This document shows positions 30,932 to 41,152 of a DNA stretch of 64,000 nt, one piece after another. Position 1 is the first letter of the stretch; every line of letters starts with the position of its first letter. The stretch lies in NCBI GenBank assembly GCA_902775735.1, contig CACYNH010000002.1, forward strand, positions 35,669-99,668, given 5' to 3'. Origin of the DNA: an uncultured Erysipelotrichaceae bacterium (GTDB lineage: Bacteria; Bacillota_I; Bacilli_A; Erysipelotrichales; Erysipelotrichaceae). The notes below the pieces were generated by a model, which worked only from the letters and a program-made list of their open reading frames with translations, was not told the DNA's origin and did not search any database. The position numbers and the translations under genes are program-made.

Positions 30932-31924
30932 ATGAAACGAGTAACAATTTATGATGTCGCCAAAGAAGCCGGTGTATCTCTTGCGACTGTATCCCGTGTC
31001 ATCAACGGATCCAACGTCGTAAAAGGACCGACAAGAGAAAAGGTCCAGGCGGCCGTTGACAAGCTGGGCTACAAACCGAATGCCATCGCCCAGGGACTTG
31101 CTCTGCAGAAGAGCACAACCATCGGACTGGTTGTTCCCGAGGCAAGCTTTACCTACACCGGTCAGATCATTAACGGTCTGATTGACGTGGCTAAAATCTA
31201 CAACTACAACATTATCCTTCATACGATCACAGCAGGGATCACGGATCTCAGCAGTGTCATTGAAGACAATATCAAATCCAACGTGGACGGCGTCATTCTT
31301 TACTATGACAAGCTTGAGGTTCCGGAAATGGAAACTCTTTCCCGCTATAACATCCCGATCGTCCTGATCGGCGGCCGTATGCATGGCGAAAAGATCTGCA
31401 GCGTTTACGTTGACATTGAAAAGGCCGTCTATGAACTGGCCACAAAGTATCTGGAAGAGGGCAAGGATCAGATCGCGATCATCGAAGACCGCAAGAACCA
31501 GTATGCCTGCCACCAGATGGTCGCCGGCGCAAAGAAAGCGTTCGAGGCCAAAGGCAAGACCTTCGACGGATTCCTCGAGATTCCCGCCGAATCAAGAACC
31601 AGCTATCTCTTCCTGCAGTCATGGCTGCGCGATCACAAGTATGACCTGATGATCGGCAACCGCGACTCCCAGGCGATGGCGATCGTCAACGCTGCCAGAG
31701 AGAATGGCATCGAAGTGCCGAAAGACATGGAAGTTGCCTGCGTGATCGACACCAAGTACAACATGATGATGCGTCCGCAGATCTCCAGTTTCTCGATTCC
31801 TTCCTATGATCTTGGCGCTGTCTCGATGAGAGTCATGACCAAGATGCTGGGCTCGGAAGCGGAGAGCGACAAGGCAATTGAACTGAGCTATCTGTTCACG
31901 CCGCGCCAGACAACAAAGAATTGA
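30932..31924 (+). CDS. ccpA: LacI-family regulator, catabolite control protein A
   Basis: VTIYDVAKEAGVSLATVSRVING, YKPNAIAQGLA, YDLGAVSMRVMTKML match CcpA signatures. Confidence 0.9.
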   Translation: MKRVTIYDVAKEAGVSLATVSRVINGSNVVKGPTREKVQAAVDKLGYKPNAIAQGLALQKSTTIGLVVPEASFTYTGQIINGLIDVAKIYNYNIILHTITAGITDLSSVIEDNIKSNVDGVILYYDKLEVPEMETLSRYNIPIVLIGGRMHGEKICSVYVDIEKAVYELATKYLEEGKDQIAIIEDRKNQYACHQMVAGAKKAFEAKGKTFDGFLEIPAESRTSYLFLQSWLRDHKYDLMIGNRDSQAMAIVNAARENGIEVPKDMEVACVIDTKYNMMMRPQISSFSIPSYDLGAVSMRVMTKMLGSEAESDKAIELSYLFTPRQTTKN

Positions 31925-31950
31925 CACTTTTGAGCAAGACGCGTTAAAAT
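31921..31950 (+). promoter_or_regulatory. sigma-A promoter of tyrS
   Basis: TTGACA, 18 bp, TAAAAT. Confidence 0.7.
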
Positions 31951-31956
31951 CAATGA

Positions 31957-32172
31957 GCGATGATCAGGACAAGTAGCGGATGATCTTCCCGATCAAGAGA
32001 GTTCCCGGTACGGTGAAAGGGAATGACGGAGACTCTGCGAATACACCTGTGAGCTTCCTGCCTCAAAAGACAGGACGTGTGCGCCTGCGTTAAAGGCATT
32101 GATGAGTGCACGAAAGTGAACTAAGGTGGTACCGCGCTTCAGGCGTCCTTAGAAAAATGAGGACGCCTTTTT
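31957..32172 (+). ncRNA. T-box riboswitch (Tyr specifier)
   Basis: AGTA, AGAGA and GGTGAAA stem I motifs; specifier GAA-TAC (TAC 32042-32044); T-box AAGGTGGTACCGCG (32123-32136); terminator AGGCGTCCT / AGGACGCCT + T tract; upstream of tyrS. Confidence 0.95.
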
Positions 32173-32200
32173 ATATGACGTCCGACACAGGAGGAGAAAG

Positions 32201-33448
32201 ATGAATTTTATTGAAGAACTCGAATGGAGAGGTCTTGTCAAGGACTGCACAGATCCCGAAGGCCTCAAAGAACAGCTCAAGACCCAGACAACCATTTACT
32301 GCGGTTTTGACCCGACAGCCGATTCCCTGCATGTCGGTCATCTGCAGCAGATCATCCTGCTGCGCAGATACCAGCTCGCAGGCCACCAGCCGATTGCCCT
32401 GTGCGGCGGCTTTACCGGCATGATCGGCGACCCGAGACCGACAACCGAAAGAAAGCTTTTAACCCACGAGGAAGTTCTGCACAATGCCGACTGCATCCGT
32501 GACCAGCTTGCCCATTTCCTTTCCTTTGAAGGCGCCAACGCCGCCATCATGGAAAACAACAACAACTGGCTCGGTGAGATGACTCTGCTTGATTACCTGC
32601 GTGACTACGGCAAACTGTTCAACGTCAGCTACATGCTGCAGAAGGACACAATCAAAAAGAGACTGGATTCCGGTATCTCCTACACAGAATTCAGCTACAC
32701 GATCCTGCAGGCCATCGACTGGCTGCAGCTTTACAAGCGTCACAACTGCCAGATCCAGATCGGCGGCAGCGACCAGTGGGGCAACCTCACAACCGGCACT
32801 GAACTGATCCGCAAGGTCATCGGCGAAGGCGCCAAGATCTTCGGCATCACTTCACCGCTGATCACAAAGAGCGACGGCTCCAAGTTCGGCAAGTCCGAAG
32901 GCAAAAACATCTGGCTTGATCCGGCCAGAACTAATGCTTATGAATTCTACCAGTTCTGGGTCAACACACCGGACAGCGACATCGTCGACTACCTCAAGAG
33001 ACTCTCTCTTAAGACCCCGGAAGAAATCATGGAACTTGAGAAGATGACTGCTGAGCATCCTGAGGAAAGAGCGGGCCAGAAGGCTCTGGCGGCTGAGCTG
33101 ACTGAACTCGTCCATGGCAAAGAAGGTCTGGAAAAAGCTCTGCGCATCACCGAAACATTCTTCCGCGGCAACATCATGGACCTGCCGACGGATGAAATCA
33201 GAGAAGGTCTTGCCGATGCGAAGAAGACAGCGGTTGAAGACGGCGTTCTGCTCATCGACGCGCTTGTTGAAGCAGGCATTGCCAAGTCCAAAGGCGACGC
33301 ACGCAAGCTCATCCAGCAGGGTTCCGTTTCCGTCAACGGCGAAAAGAAGACTGACCTTGGCACAGTGCTGAACAAGGCGGACGCTCTGGACAATGAGTTC
33401 TCCATCCTCAAAAAGGGCAAGAAGAACTACTTCATCGTCACATTCTGA
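32201..33448 (+). CDS. tyrS: Tyrosine--tRNA ligase
   Basis: YCGFDPTADSLHVGH, QIGGSDQWGN, KFGKS, C-terminal S4 domain. Confidence 0.98.
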   Translation: MNFIEELEWRGLVKDCTDPEGLKEQLKTQTTIYCGFDPTADSLHVGHLQQIILLRRYQLAGHQPIALCGGFTGMIGDPRPTTERKLLTHEEVLHNADCIRDQLAHFLSFEGANAAIMENNNNWLGEMTLLDYLRDYGKLFNVSYMLQKDTIKKRLDSGISYTEFSYTILQAIDWLQLYKRHNCQIQIGGSDQWGNLTTGTELIRKVIGEGAKIFGITSPLITKSDGSKFGKSEGKNIWLDPARTNAYEFYQFWVNTPDSDIVDYLKRLSLKTPEEIMELEKMTAEHPEERAGQKALAAELTELVHGKEGLEKALRITETFFRGNIMDLPTDEIREGLADAKKTAVEDGVLLIDALVEAGIAKSKGDARKLIQQGSVSVNGEKKTDLGTVLNKADALDNEFSILKKGKKNYFIVTF

Positions 33449-33468
33449 AAAAAACACATTGAGTGATT

Positions 33469-33506
33469 CAGACACGCCGGTCTGTGAACAGCCGGCGTGT
33501 TTTCTT
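33469..33506 (+). terminator. Intrinsic terminator after tyrS
   Basis: GACACGCCGG...CCGGCGTGTT followed by TTCTT. Confidence 0.8.
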
Positions 33507-33579
33507 CAGTCTGCTTTAAAAAACTGAAAATTATGGCAAAGGCGGCGAACTGCCGCCTTTCTTCTGTTATAATCATCCC

Positions 33580-34128
33580 ATGGGATTAAAGAAGACAAAG
33601 AGATATCTGGCTGCCGCCCTTGCCCTGAATCTGCTTGCAGGATGCGCGAAGCCTTCAGGCGATGGCGAAGTATCCAGATATGAAACATACTACCGCGCAA
33701 TCGAGGAGAACACCCGGTTTACGGCGGCGAGCGAAAACTATACGGTCAGCGCTGAAATGACGCAGTGGGATGACGGCACTTACAGATACTATGTCATTTT
33801 TGACGAGCCGAAAATCTCGATGTACGACATCGTGATCATGACGGTCGAGGATGAAAGGCCCTATCAGGAAGCGGTCAAGATGATGCCTTCCTCCGGTATT
33901 TTTGACGCGTCCAGTTCGATGATTCCCAACCAGATCAATTCCAAGGCAGGCTTTGTCAAGGGACTGATCGTCAGCGGCGAATGCATCGACGATACCATTG
34001 AGCTTTCATTCTTGGTTGAATGGAAAGACAAATCACGCAAAAACACAACCCGTGAATTCCTGCGGTTTACTTTGAACATGGACGGCATTGTGCCATCAGC
34101 TGAGCCGGCCGCGGAGAGCGGGGAATGA
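33580..34128 (+). CDS. Hypothetical lipoprotein
   Basis: LLAGC lipobox; TGTTATAAT just upstream with no obvious RBS (possibly leaderless). Confidence 0.75.
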   Translation: MGLKKTKRYLAAALALNLLAGCAKPSGDGEVSRYETYYRAIEENTRFTAASENYTVSAEMTQWDDGTYRYYVIFDEPKISMYDIVIMTVEDERPYQEAVKMMPSSGIFDASSSMIPNQINSKAGFVKGLIVSGECIDDTIELSFLVEWKDKSRKNTTREFLRFTLNMDGIVPSAEPAAESGE

Positions 34129-35732
34129 CGCGGACAAAGACGCCGGCGCTTGCCGGCTTTCTTGACAGCCGCCTCACCACCGGATATGCACTGATTCTTA
34201 ACGCGGTTCTTGCCGGTTTTTATTATGCTTTCGCCGGAACTGACGGAAGCCTGGCAGCTTCGGTTCTGCTCAGGGTCATTGTGTTTTTCTCACTGTTCAG
34301 TGCCGCTTCCTTTCCGTTTGCGGAAGCCGCTTTTGTCGGCAGGGCATCAAAACGCAGAGACTGGAAAACTGTTGTGTTTATCCGCAGGGCAGCCTTTATC
34401 CTGACGATGGGCGCCGTGATCCTTTTCGCACTTTTATTCGCCGCGCTTTCCGGACCGCTTTCTTCGCTTGTGCTCTATGGCTCCTCAGCGGAAGCGGATC
34501 TTCTGACGATCCGGCTCACGCTTGTGATGGGCGGGATCTATGGCGTGCTCAACGGCTTTTTCACCTGGCTCAGAGGTTTCTGGCAGGGAATGGAGGAAAA
34601 CAGCGTTGAAGAAAAGGCACAGCAGATCAGTGTGATTGTTTCTTATATTTCCGCCGCTCTGATCATGATGGTCATGGTCTATGGCTTCCATCTCAACCGG
34701 ACGCTGAGCGTCTATGGGCTTGGGGCAGGCATGATCCTTGGCCAGGCGTGCGGCGCCGGCTATCTGTACCTCTATGACCGGATGAAGATCACAAAGATCC
34801 GCAGGCTGGCGAAAACGCAGATGATGCTGGGCAAGACAAAACAGAAATCCTTTGAGGAGATGACCGCGTTCGCGGCGCCTTCCACAATGATTTCATTTCT
34901 TGCCGGTCTGATGATCCTGCTGCCGTGCTTTATGTGTTCGCCTGTTTCCATCAGGCTTGGCTTCAGCGCCGTCGAAACAAGATCCATTCTGGCGTGCACA
35001 GGACTTCTGATCCCTGTGTTTGCGATGTCTGTTATTTGGGCTGAGCAGTACAGCAGCGCCATTCATATTTCAAGGATTGCCGAGGCAAGAGTGAAAATGA
35101 AGGATAAACTGCAGGGACGCATTGATCAGATGCTGATCAGGGTTACCGCTTCCGCGCTTCCTGTTTCCTTTTCTCTTGGCTGTCTTGCGTCCGTGATCCT
35201 GCCGCTTTTCTACGGAACAGATCTGACCGCATCTGCTCCGGAACTGATGATCTACGGGGCGGCGGAAGGGTTTCTCTGGGCATTCAGCCTGCTGTTAATC
35301 GAACTGTCGATGACCCTTGGCTATGGCAGCGCATGCGTGACTTACGCATTCATCGCCTTATTCGCTGAAGCAGCCATCATGTGGTTTCTGCCATACCGGC
35401 TTGGTTTGGCCGGATTCGCGCTTGGGACGCCGCTGGCGCTTTGTATCCTGTGCTTTTTATGCATGTCGAAGATCTCGAACAAAAGGGATATCTCCTTTAT
35501 CAATTACGCTGTCAAATGCCTGCGGATCATCCTTGCCTCGATGGCGATGAACGGCGTTTACGCGATCGCAGAATACTTCGGCCTTTTCACTCTCAGTGAC
35601 AGCCGCCTCATCAGTATTCTGATCCTGGCGGGCGTGATATTCATTGCCTTTCTTGCCGGGATGTTCATTCTTTCGCTTTCCGGCATCAGGCTGATCCAGC
35701 CGAAGAAGAAATCAAAAAAGAAAAAAGGTTAA
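34125..35732 (+). CDS. MOP-superfamily flippase, MurJ/YtgP-like (divergent)
   Basis: About 14 TM segments, LRGFWQG motif, directly upstream of an rsuA-like gene as ytgP is in Bacillus. Confidence 0.65.
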   Translation: MTRTKTPALAGFLDSRLTTGYALILNAVLAGFYYAFAGTDGSLAASVLLRVIVFFSLFSAASFPFAEAAFVGRASKRRDWKTVVFIRRAAFILTMGAVILFALLFAALSGPLSSLVLYGSSAEADLLTIRLTLVMGGIYGVLNGFFTWLRGFWQGMEENSVEEKAQQISVIVSYISAALIMMVMVYGFHLNRTLSVYGLGAGMILGQACGAGYLYLYDRMKITKIRRLAKTQMMLGKTKQKSFEEMTAFAAPSTMISFLAGLMILLPCFMCSPVSIRLGFSAVETRSILACTGLLIPVFAMSVIWAEQYSSAIHISRIAEARVKMKDKLQGRIDQMLIRVTASALPVSFSLGCLASVILPLFYGTDLTASAPELMIYGAAEGFLWAFSLLLIELSMTLGYGSACVTYAFIALFAEAAIMWFLPYRLGLAGFALGTPLALCILCFLCMSKISNKRDISFINYAVKCLRIILASMAMNGVYAIAEYFGLFTLSDSRLISILILAGVIFIAFLAGMFILSLSGIRLIQPKKKSKKKKG

Positions 35733-35737
35733 GTTTC

Positions 35738-36430
35738 ATGAACAGACTTGATAAATATCTTGCGACTGCTGGTGTGGGCACCCGCAGCGAAGTCAAAAAA
35801 CTGATCCGGGACGGACATATCAAGGTCAACGGGGAAACCGCGAAGAAGGCGGACATGAAGGTTGATGAGGAACATGACATTGTCACCTTTGATGATGAAG
35901 AGGTGTACTACAGCGAATTCGTCTATTTCATGTTAAACAAACCGGCCGGCTATATCTCCGCTTCCAGCGGCTGGGATCCCAATGTCATTGACCTGATTGG
36001 TGAACCGTATAGAAATCTTTTCCCGGTCGGAAGACTCGACAAGGATACGGAAGGGCTGCTGTTAATCACCAATGACGGGCAGCTTGGCCATGAGCTTCTG
36101 GCGCCGAAGAAACATGTCGAAAAAGAATATTATGTCGAAATCGACATTCCGTTAACGGAAGAGAATATTGAGAAGATTGAATCCGGCATCACATGGAAAG
36201 AGGAAACCTACAAACCGGCAAAATATAAAAAGATCTCAGACAATTCCTTCACGCTTGTGATTACGGAAGGAAAGTATCATGAGATAAAACGGATGATGCT
36301 GGCGCTGGGCTCAAAGGTGACTTATCTGAAGAGGCTGCGCATGAAGAACCTGGTTCTGGATGAAACGCTCAGACCGGGTGAATACAGACCGTTAACTGAT
36401 GAGGAGGTCGAAGATCTCAGAGCAGTCTGA
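35738..36430 (+). CDS. rsuA: RsuA-family rRNA pseudouridine synthase
   Basis: RLDKYL S4 domain, LNKPAG, VGRLDKDTEGLLLITNDG, EGKYHEIKRM. Confidence 0.88.
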   Translation: MNRLDKYLATAGVGTRSEVKKLIRDGHIKVNGETAKKADMKVDEEHDIVTFDDEEVYYSEFVYFMLNKPAGYISASSGWDPNVIDLIGEPYRNLFPVGRLDKDTEGLLLITNDGQLGHELLAPKKHVEKEYYVEIDIPLTEENIEKIESGITWKEETYKPAKYKKISDNSFTLVITEGKYHEIKRMMLALGSKVTYLKRLRMKNLVLDETLRPGEYRPLTDEEVEDLRAV

Positions 36431-37322
36431 CTTCGGCTTCTTTTGGTAAAATGAACTGACCTGATTCCGCGTACTGTTTCAGGAAATCGGTGACCTGGGA
36501 TGTTAAGGAATTGGGAGTTGAAGAACCGCTTGTGACCGCAATGCGGTTTTTATTTCGGATCATGTCTTCGGTCAGTTCCAGAACGCTGCCGATGAGGTAA
36601 GCTTCTCTGATCCCGGCGTCATAGGCGATTCTCTGCAGCTGGTTGGAATTGTTGGACCGCGGGTCGCCGACAACAATCAGACAGTCGGTGTCTTTTAATT
36701 TCATGACCGCCTCCTGGCGCATGCGGGTGGCGGAGCAGATTTCCGGTGACACCTCAGCGTCCGGATATTTCCTGATGCAGGCATCGATGATCTTCTTTGT
36801 GTCATTGAGGGAAAGGGTGGTCTGGCAGGTGATCAGCACATTTTCCAGACCGTCCAGTTCATCGAGATCTTTTTCTTCCGTGATTAAGTGAATCCTCTCA
36901 CTCAGGGAAACGGTGCCTTCGGATTCGGGATGGTTCTTTTTGCCGATATAGAGAACATCTCCTTTTTTCACATGTTCACGCACAAGCGAATGGGTGCGGA
37001 TGACATCCTTGCATGAGGCGTCGACAATCTCAAGGCCTTTGGCTTCCGCTTTCTTTCTGACTTCATCGGAAATGCCATGGGCGGTGAAGATGACAATGCC
37101 TTCATCAATCTCATCCAGAAGTTCCGCTCTTGTTTTTTTCGGATTTTCGACAAAGCCGATGCCCAATGCGCGGCACTGCTCCACGACATAGCTGTTATGG
37201 ACAATCATGCCCAGCATTGTGATTTTCTTTCCCGGGTTTTCCTTCGCGGTTGAGACGGCTGTCTGAATCGCCCTGATCACGCCCTGGCAGTAGCCATGGG
37301 GCACAACATTGATAATTTCCAT
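36417..37322 (-). CDS. ispH: 4-hydroxy-3-methylbut-2-enyl diphosphate reductase
   Basis: PHGYCQGV, IVHN, FTAHG, DASC, HPE, QTT, ICSATRMRQ, SNNS, SGSSTP. Confidence 0.96.
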   Translation of the reverse strand: MEIINVVPHGYCQGVIRAIQTAVSTAKENPGKKITMLGMIVHNSYVVEQCRALGIGFVENPKKTRAELLDEIDEGIVIFTAHGISDEVRKKAEAKGLEIVDASCKDVIRTHSLVREHVKKGDVLYIGKKNHPESEGTVSLSERIHLITEEKDLDELDGLENVLITCQTTLSLNDTKKIIDACIRKYPDAEVSPEICSATRMRQEAVMKLKDTDCLIVVGDPRSNNSNQLQRIAYDAGIREAYLIGSVLELTEDMIRNKNRIAVTSGSSTPNSLTSQVTDFLKQYAESGQFILPKEAEVRLL

Positions 37323-37417
37323 GATTGAAGCTCCTTACGGTTTTCATTATTATCGCGATTCTTTCTAAATTGCGCAATGGATGGTAATATTATTCTGATT
37401 TACGGAGGTGACAGTTC

Positions 37418-38818
37418 ATGTACCAGATTGATCTTAAAAAGCCCGTGCACGCCCATTTCATCGGCATCGGCGGCACATCCATGAGCGGGCTTGCGGAATA
37501 CCTGTTCGATGTCGGATTCAGGGTCAGCGGCTCTGATTCCGCCCATTCCAAATATACAAAGCATCTTGAATCCCTCGGTATTGAGATCTTCTATCCTCAG
37601 AAAGCCGAAAACATTCAGGAAGGCACTGACGTCGTGATTTTCTCGGCCGCGATCCACCCGGGCAATCCTGAGTATGATGCCGCTGTGGAAAAGGGAATCC
37701 CGATGCTCACAAGAGCCGAGCTGCTTGGCCAGCTGATGGCTTTCTATCAGCACGCCATCAACATTTCCGGCACGCATGGCAAGACGACGACCACATCGAT
37801 GGTCACCGATATCTTCCTTGACGCCGGTCTTGATCCGGCCATCGAAATCGGCGGGATGCTCGATGACATCGGCGGCAACATGCGCCTGTCAAAGAAACAG
37901 GATTACTTTGTGGCGGAAGCCTGTGAATACACAAACTCATTCCTTTCCTTCCATCCCACATGCGCGATCATTCTCAATGTCGAAGCTGACCATCTCGACT
38001 TCTTCAAAGATCTTGACGATATCCGCCATTCCTTCCGGAAGTTCGTTGAACTGCTTCCCGACGGCGGCAATCTCATCATCGGGGCTGACATTGACAATTA
38101 TGAATACTTCTATGAAGGACTCAATGTCAATGTGCTGACTTTCGGCAAAGCCGCCAATGCCGATTACAGAGCGGAAAACATCGTCTATGATGAATTTGTC
38201 AGACCTGCCTTTGACGTCATTGAAAAAGGCGTTAACATCGGCAGAGTCCAGCTTGGCGTGCCGGGTGAGCACAATGTCATGAACGCCCTGGCTGCGATCG
38301 CCGCCGCAAGAGCCTATGATATTGAAATGGATGTCATCAAAGGTGCGCTGCTGAGATACCATGGCACACAGAGACGCTTCGATATCCGCGGGCATGTCAA
38401 CGGCTTTACCGTCATGGACGATTACGCCCATCATCCCCAGGAGGTCGACGCTGTCTTAAAGACACTGGTGAAGTATCCTCATCACAAGCTCTGGGCCATC
38501 CAGCAGCCTCATACCTACAGCCGCACAAAGCTGCTCATGGATGATTTCGCGGATGTGCTTTCCCAGGCGGACGCGGTGTTGGTTCTGGACATCTTCCCGG
38601 CCAGGGAAACAGATGATCTTGGCTGCCATGCAACACAGCTGGTGGAGAAACTGAAGGAAAGGGGAAGCGAAGTCTACTACACCCCGACCTTCGATGATGT
38701 TGAGAAGTTTGTCATCGAACATGGTGAGGAAGGCGATATCTTCATCACCCTGGGCTGCGGCAACGCGAATATCGTCGCCGACAGAATTGTCGAACGCTAC
38801 GGCACAAAGGAATCGTAA
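37418..38818 (+). CDS. murC: UDP-N-acetylmuramate--L-alanine ligase
   Basis: HFIGIGGTSMSGLA, GTHGKTTTTS, EACEY, DHLD, DDYAHHP, QPHTYSRT. Confidence 0.95.
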   Translation: MYQIDLKKPVHAHFIGIGGTSMSGLAEYLFDVGFRVSGSDSAHSKYTKHLESLGIEIFYPQKAENIQEGTDVVIFSAAIHPGNPEYDAAVEKGIPMLTRAELLGQLMAFYQHAINISGTHGKTTTTSMVTDIFLDAGLDPAIEIGGMLDDIGGNMRLSKKQDYFVAEACEYTNSFLSFHPTCAIILNVEADHLDFFKDLDDIRHSFRKFVELLPDGGNLIIGADIDNYEYFYEGLNVNVLTFGKAANADYRAENIVYDEFVRPAFDVIEKGVNIGRVQLGVPGEHNVMNALAAIAAARAYDIEMDVIKGALLRYHGTQRRFDIRGHVNGFTVMDDYAHHPQEVDAVLKTLVKYPHHKLWAIQQPHTYSRTKLLMDDFADVLSQADAVLVLDIFPARETDDLGCHATQLVEKLKERGSEVYYTPTFDDVEKFVIEHGEEGDIFITLGCGNANIVADRIVERYGTKES

Positions 38819-38883
38819 GGATTCCTTTTTTGAAAGGATATGTTAAAATCCATGTGCTAAATTGAAGAAAAGGAGGTCCGCGT

Positions 38884-40251
38884 ATGAAGAAATTTGAAGA
38901 CTTCAATCTCAAACCCGAAGTCCGCAATTATATTGAAAACAGCCATTTCAAAGAACCCACCCCGATCCAGGAGGAAGTGATTCCGGCTGTTTTAAGAGGA
39001 AAGGACGTCATCGGCCTTTCCGCCACAGGCTCCGGCAAAACCCATGCCTACCTGATTCCTCTGATGCAGAAAACCGATGTCAGCTTAAACGCCGTCCAGG
39101 CTGTCATCACAGCCCCGACAAGAGAACTTGCCTGGCAAATCTATGAGATGGCAAAACCTATGTCCGACTGCCTGGAAGGGCTCAGAATCGGCATCTATAC
39201 CGGCGGCCGCGACAGGGAAAAAGACATCGCCAAATTGGAAAGCGGACAGCCCCATATCGTCATCGGCACCCCTGGCCGGATCAAGGATCTCTTTCTGGAG
39301 AGCGGTTCGCTCAGAATCGAGCAGGCGAAAACACTGGTTGTCGATGAAGCCGACATGACGCTGGAATACGGATTCCTCGATGACATTGACGCCTTTGCCG
39401 GAAGACTGCCGGAAGATCTGCAGATGCTGGCGTTTTCAGCGTCGATGCCCGAGCAACTCAAGCCATTCTTAAAGAAATACATGCGCGCTCCGGTTACTTA
39501 CCAGATCGGCGAAAAAGTACGCTTCAATCCGGACATCACCCATGTCCTGGTGCCGTGCTACCACCATGGCTACGCCAGAACGATTCTTTCCATCCTCAAA
39601 GGCTTCAATCCCTATGTCTGCCTGATCTTTGCCAACACCAGAAACGAGGCTTCTTCGATTGCCGAAGAACTGCGCGCTAACGGCGTTGACGTTCAGGAGA
39701 TCCATGGCGATCTGACCAGCCGGCAGAGAAAGCAGGCGATGAAATCCATCTCCGCCGCCGAACACACCTATGTCGTGGCGACTGACCTTGCCGCAAGAGG
39801 CATCGATATCGGCGAAGTCTCCCATGTCATTTCCTGCGGTTTCCCGGAAGACCTGGAATACTATGTCCACCGTGCCGGCAGAACCGGCAGAGCCGGCGCC
39901 AGCGGCACCTGCTACGCCCTTTATGAAGAAAAGGACGACGCTTCCATCCGCTCTCTTATGAAGAGGGGCATCCGCTTTGAGCATAAGCGCTTCAAAGGCA
40001 ATGAGTGGCAGGATTTACGTCCCTATGGCCAGCGCTTCCAGAAGAAGGATGATGAGCTTGAAAAGCAGATCTCGAAAATCTATACAAAGAAGAACACAAA
40101 GGTCAAACCCGGCTACAAAAAGAAGAGAGCCGAACAGATCCAGCGTGTCCACAGACAGAAGAAGCGTGAGATGATCCGCTCAAAGATCCGTGAGGAAAAG
40201 AAGGCAATGTACAAGGAAAGAGCGAAGAAGGACAGGGAAAACGGCTTATGA
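38884..40251 (+). CDS. cshB: DEAD-box RNA helicase, CshB-like
   Basis: PTPIQ, TGSGKT, PTRELA, DEAD, ARGID, HRAGRTGR, KVKPGYKKK tail; upstream of nfo. Confidence 0.9.
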   Translation: MKKFEDFNLKPEVRNYIENSHFKEPTPIQEEVIPAVLRGKDVIGLSATGSGKTHAYLIPLMQKTDVSLNAVQAVITAPTRELAWQIYEMAKPMSDCLEGLRIGIYTGGRDREKDIAKLESGQPHIVIGTPGRIKDLFLESGSLRIEQAKTLVVDEADMTLEYGFLDDIDAFAGRLPEDLQMLAFSASMPEQLKPFLKKYMRAPVTYQIGEKVRFNPDITHVLVPCYHHGYARTILSILKGFNPYVCLIFANTRNEASSIAEELRANGVDVQEIHGDLTSRQRKQAMKSISAAEHTYVVATDLAARGIDIGEVSHVISCGFPEDLEYYVHRAGRTGRAGASGTCYALYEEKDDASIRSLMKRGIRFEHKRFKGNEWQDLRPYGQRFQKKDDELEKQISKIYTKKNTKVKPGYKKKRAEQIQRVHRQKKREMIRSKIREEKKAMYKERAKKDRENGL

Positions 40252-41114
40252 TCATCGGCAGCCATGTGCAGATGAAAGCCCCCGACTATGTCCTCGGCAG
40301 TGTCAGAGAAGCTCTTTCTTATGAAGCCAACGCGTTAATGCTGTATACAGGCGCCCCGCAGAATACAAGGCGCACGCCGATTGAGCAGATGAAGATCAAT
40401 GAAGCGCAGGAGCTGATGAAGCAGAGCGGAATCAATCCGGAGCACCTGATTATCCACGCTCCCTATATTATCAATCCCGCCAATTCCGTCAAACCCGAAG
40501 TTGCTGAACTGGCAAGGGAATTCTTAGCGAAAGAAATCGAACGGACCTCTGCCATCGGCGCGAAGTATCTGGTATTGCATCCGGGTTCCTTCACAACAAC
40601 GGACCTGCAGACAGGCATCGGGACGATCATCGCTACCCTCAATACCATTGAGGAATACGATGACGTCGTGATCTGTCTTGAGACAATGGCGGGCAAGGGA
40701 TCGGAAGTCGGCTTCCGCTTTGAGCATCTCGCGGAAATTATCGCCGGTATGAACCATCCGGAAAACTATGGCGTCTGTCTTGACACCTGCCATATCTCCG
40801 ACGCCGGCTATGACGTGAATGACTTCAACGGCGTTCTGGATGAGTTTGATCAGGTGATCGGCCTTGACCGCCTGCATGTCATCCATCTCAACGATTCCAA
40901 AAATGAAAGAGGGGCCAGGAAAGACCGCCACGCCAATTTAGGGCAGGGCACGATCGGTTTTGAAACCCTTTACGCCATCGCGATGAATGAAAGGGTGCAG
41001 AGTATCCCCAAGATCCTGGAGACGCCCTACATCAATAAAAAGCCTCCCTACAAAGAGGAGATCGCGATGCTGAAAAGCGGCGTCTATGATCCCTCCATCC
41101 TGGAAAGCCTTTAA
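40248..41114 (+). CDS. nfo: Endonuclease IV
   Basis: IGSHV, HAPYIIN, LHPGS, LETMAGKG, CLDTCH, HLNDSK, DRHA, LETP. Confidence 0.96.
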   Translation: MIIGSHVQMKAPDYVLGSVREALSYEANALMLYTGAPQNTRRTPIEQMKINEAQELMKQSGINPEHLIIHAPYIINPANSVKPEVAELAREFLAKEIERTSAIGAKYLVLHPGSFTTTDLQTGIGTIIATLNTIEEYDDVVICLETMAGKGSEVGFRFEHLAEIIAGMNHPENYGVCLDTCHISDAGYDVNDFNGVLDEFDQVIGLDRLHVIHLNDSKNERGARKDRHANLGQGTIGFETLYAIAMNERVQSIPKILETPYINKKPPYKEEIAMLKSGVYDPSILESL

Positions 41115-41146
41115 AAAATCCGGAGAAACTGATCTCCGGTTTTTCA
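41113..41146. terminator. Bidirectional terminator between convergent nfo and ispG
   Basis: AAAAAATCCGGAGA-AACTGA-TCTCCGGTTTTT. Confidence 0.7.
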
Positions 41147-41152
41147 TTTGGT

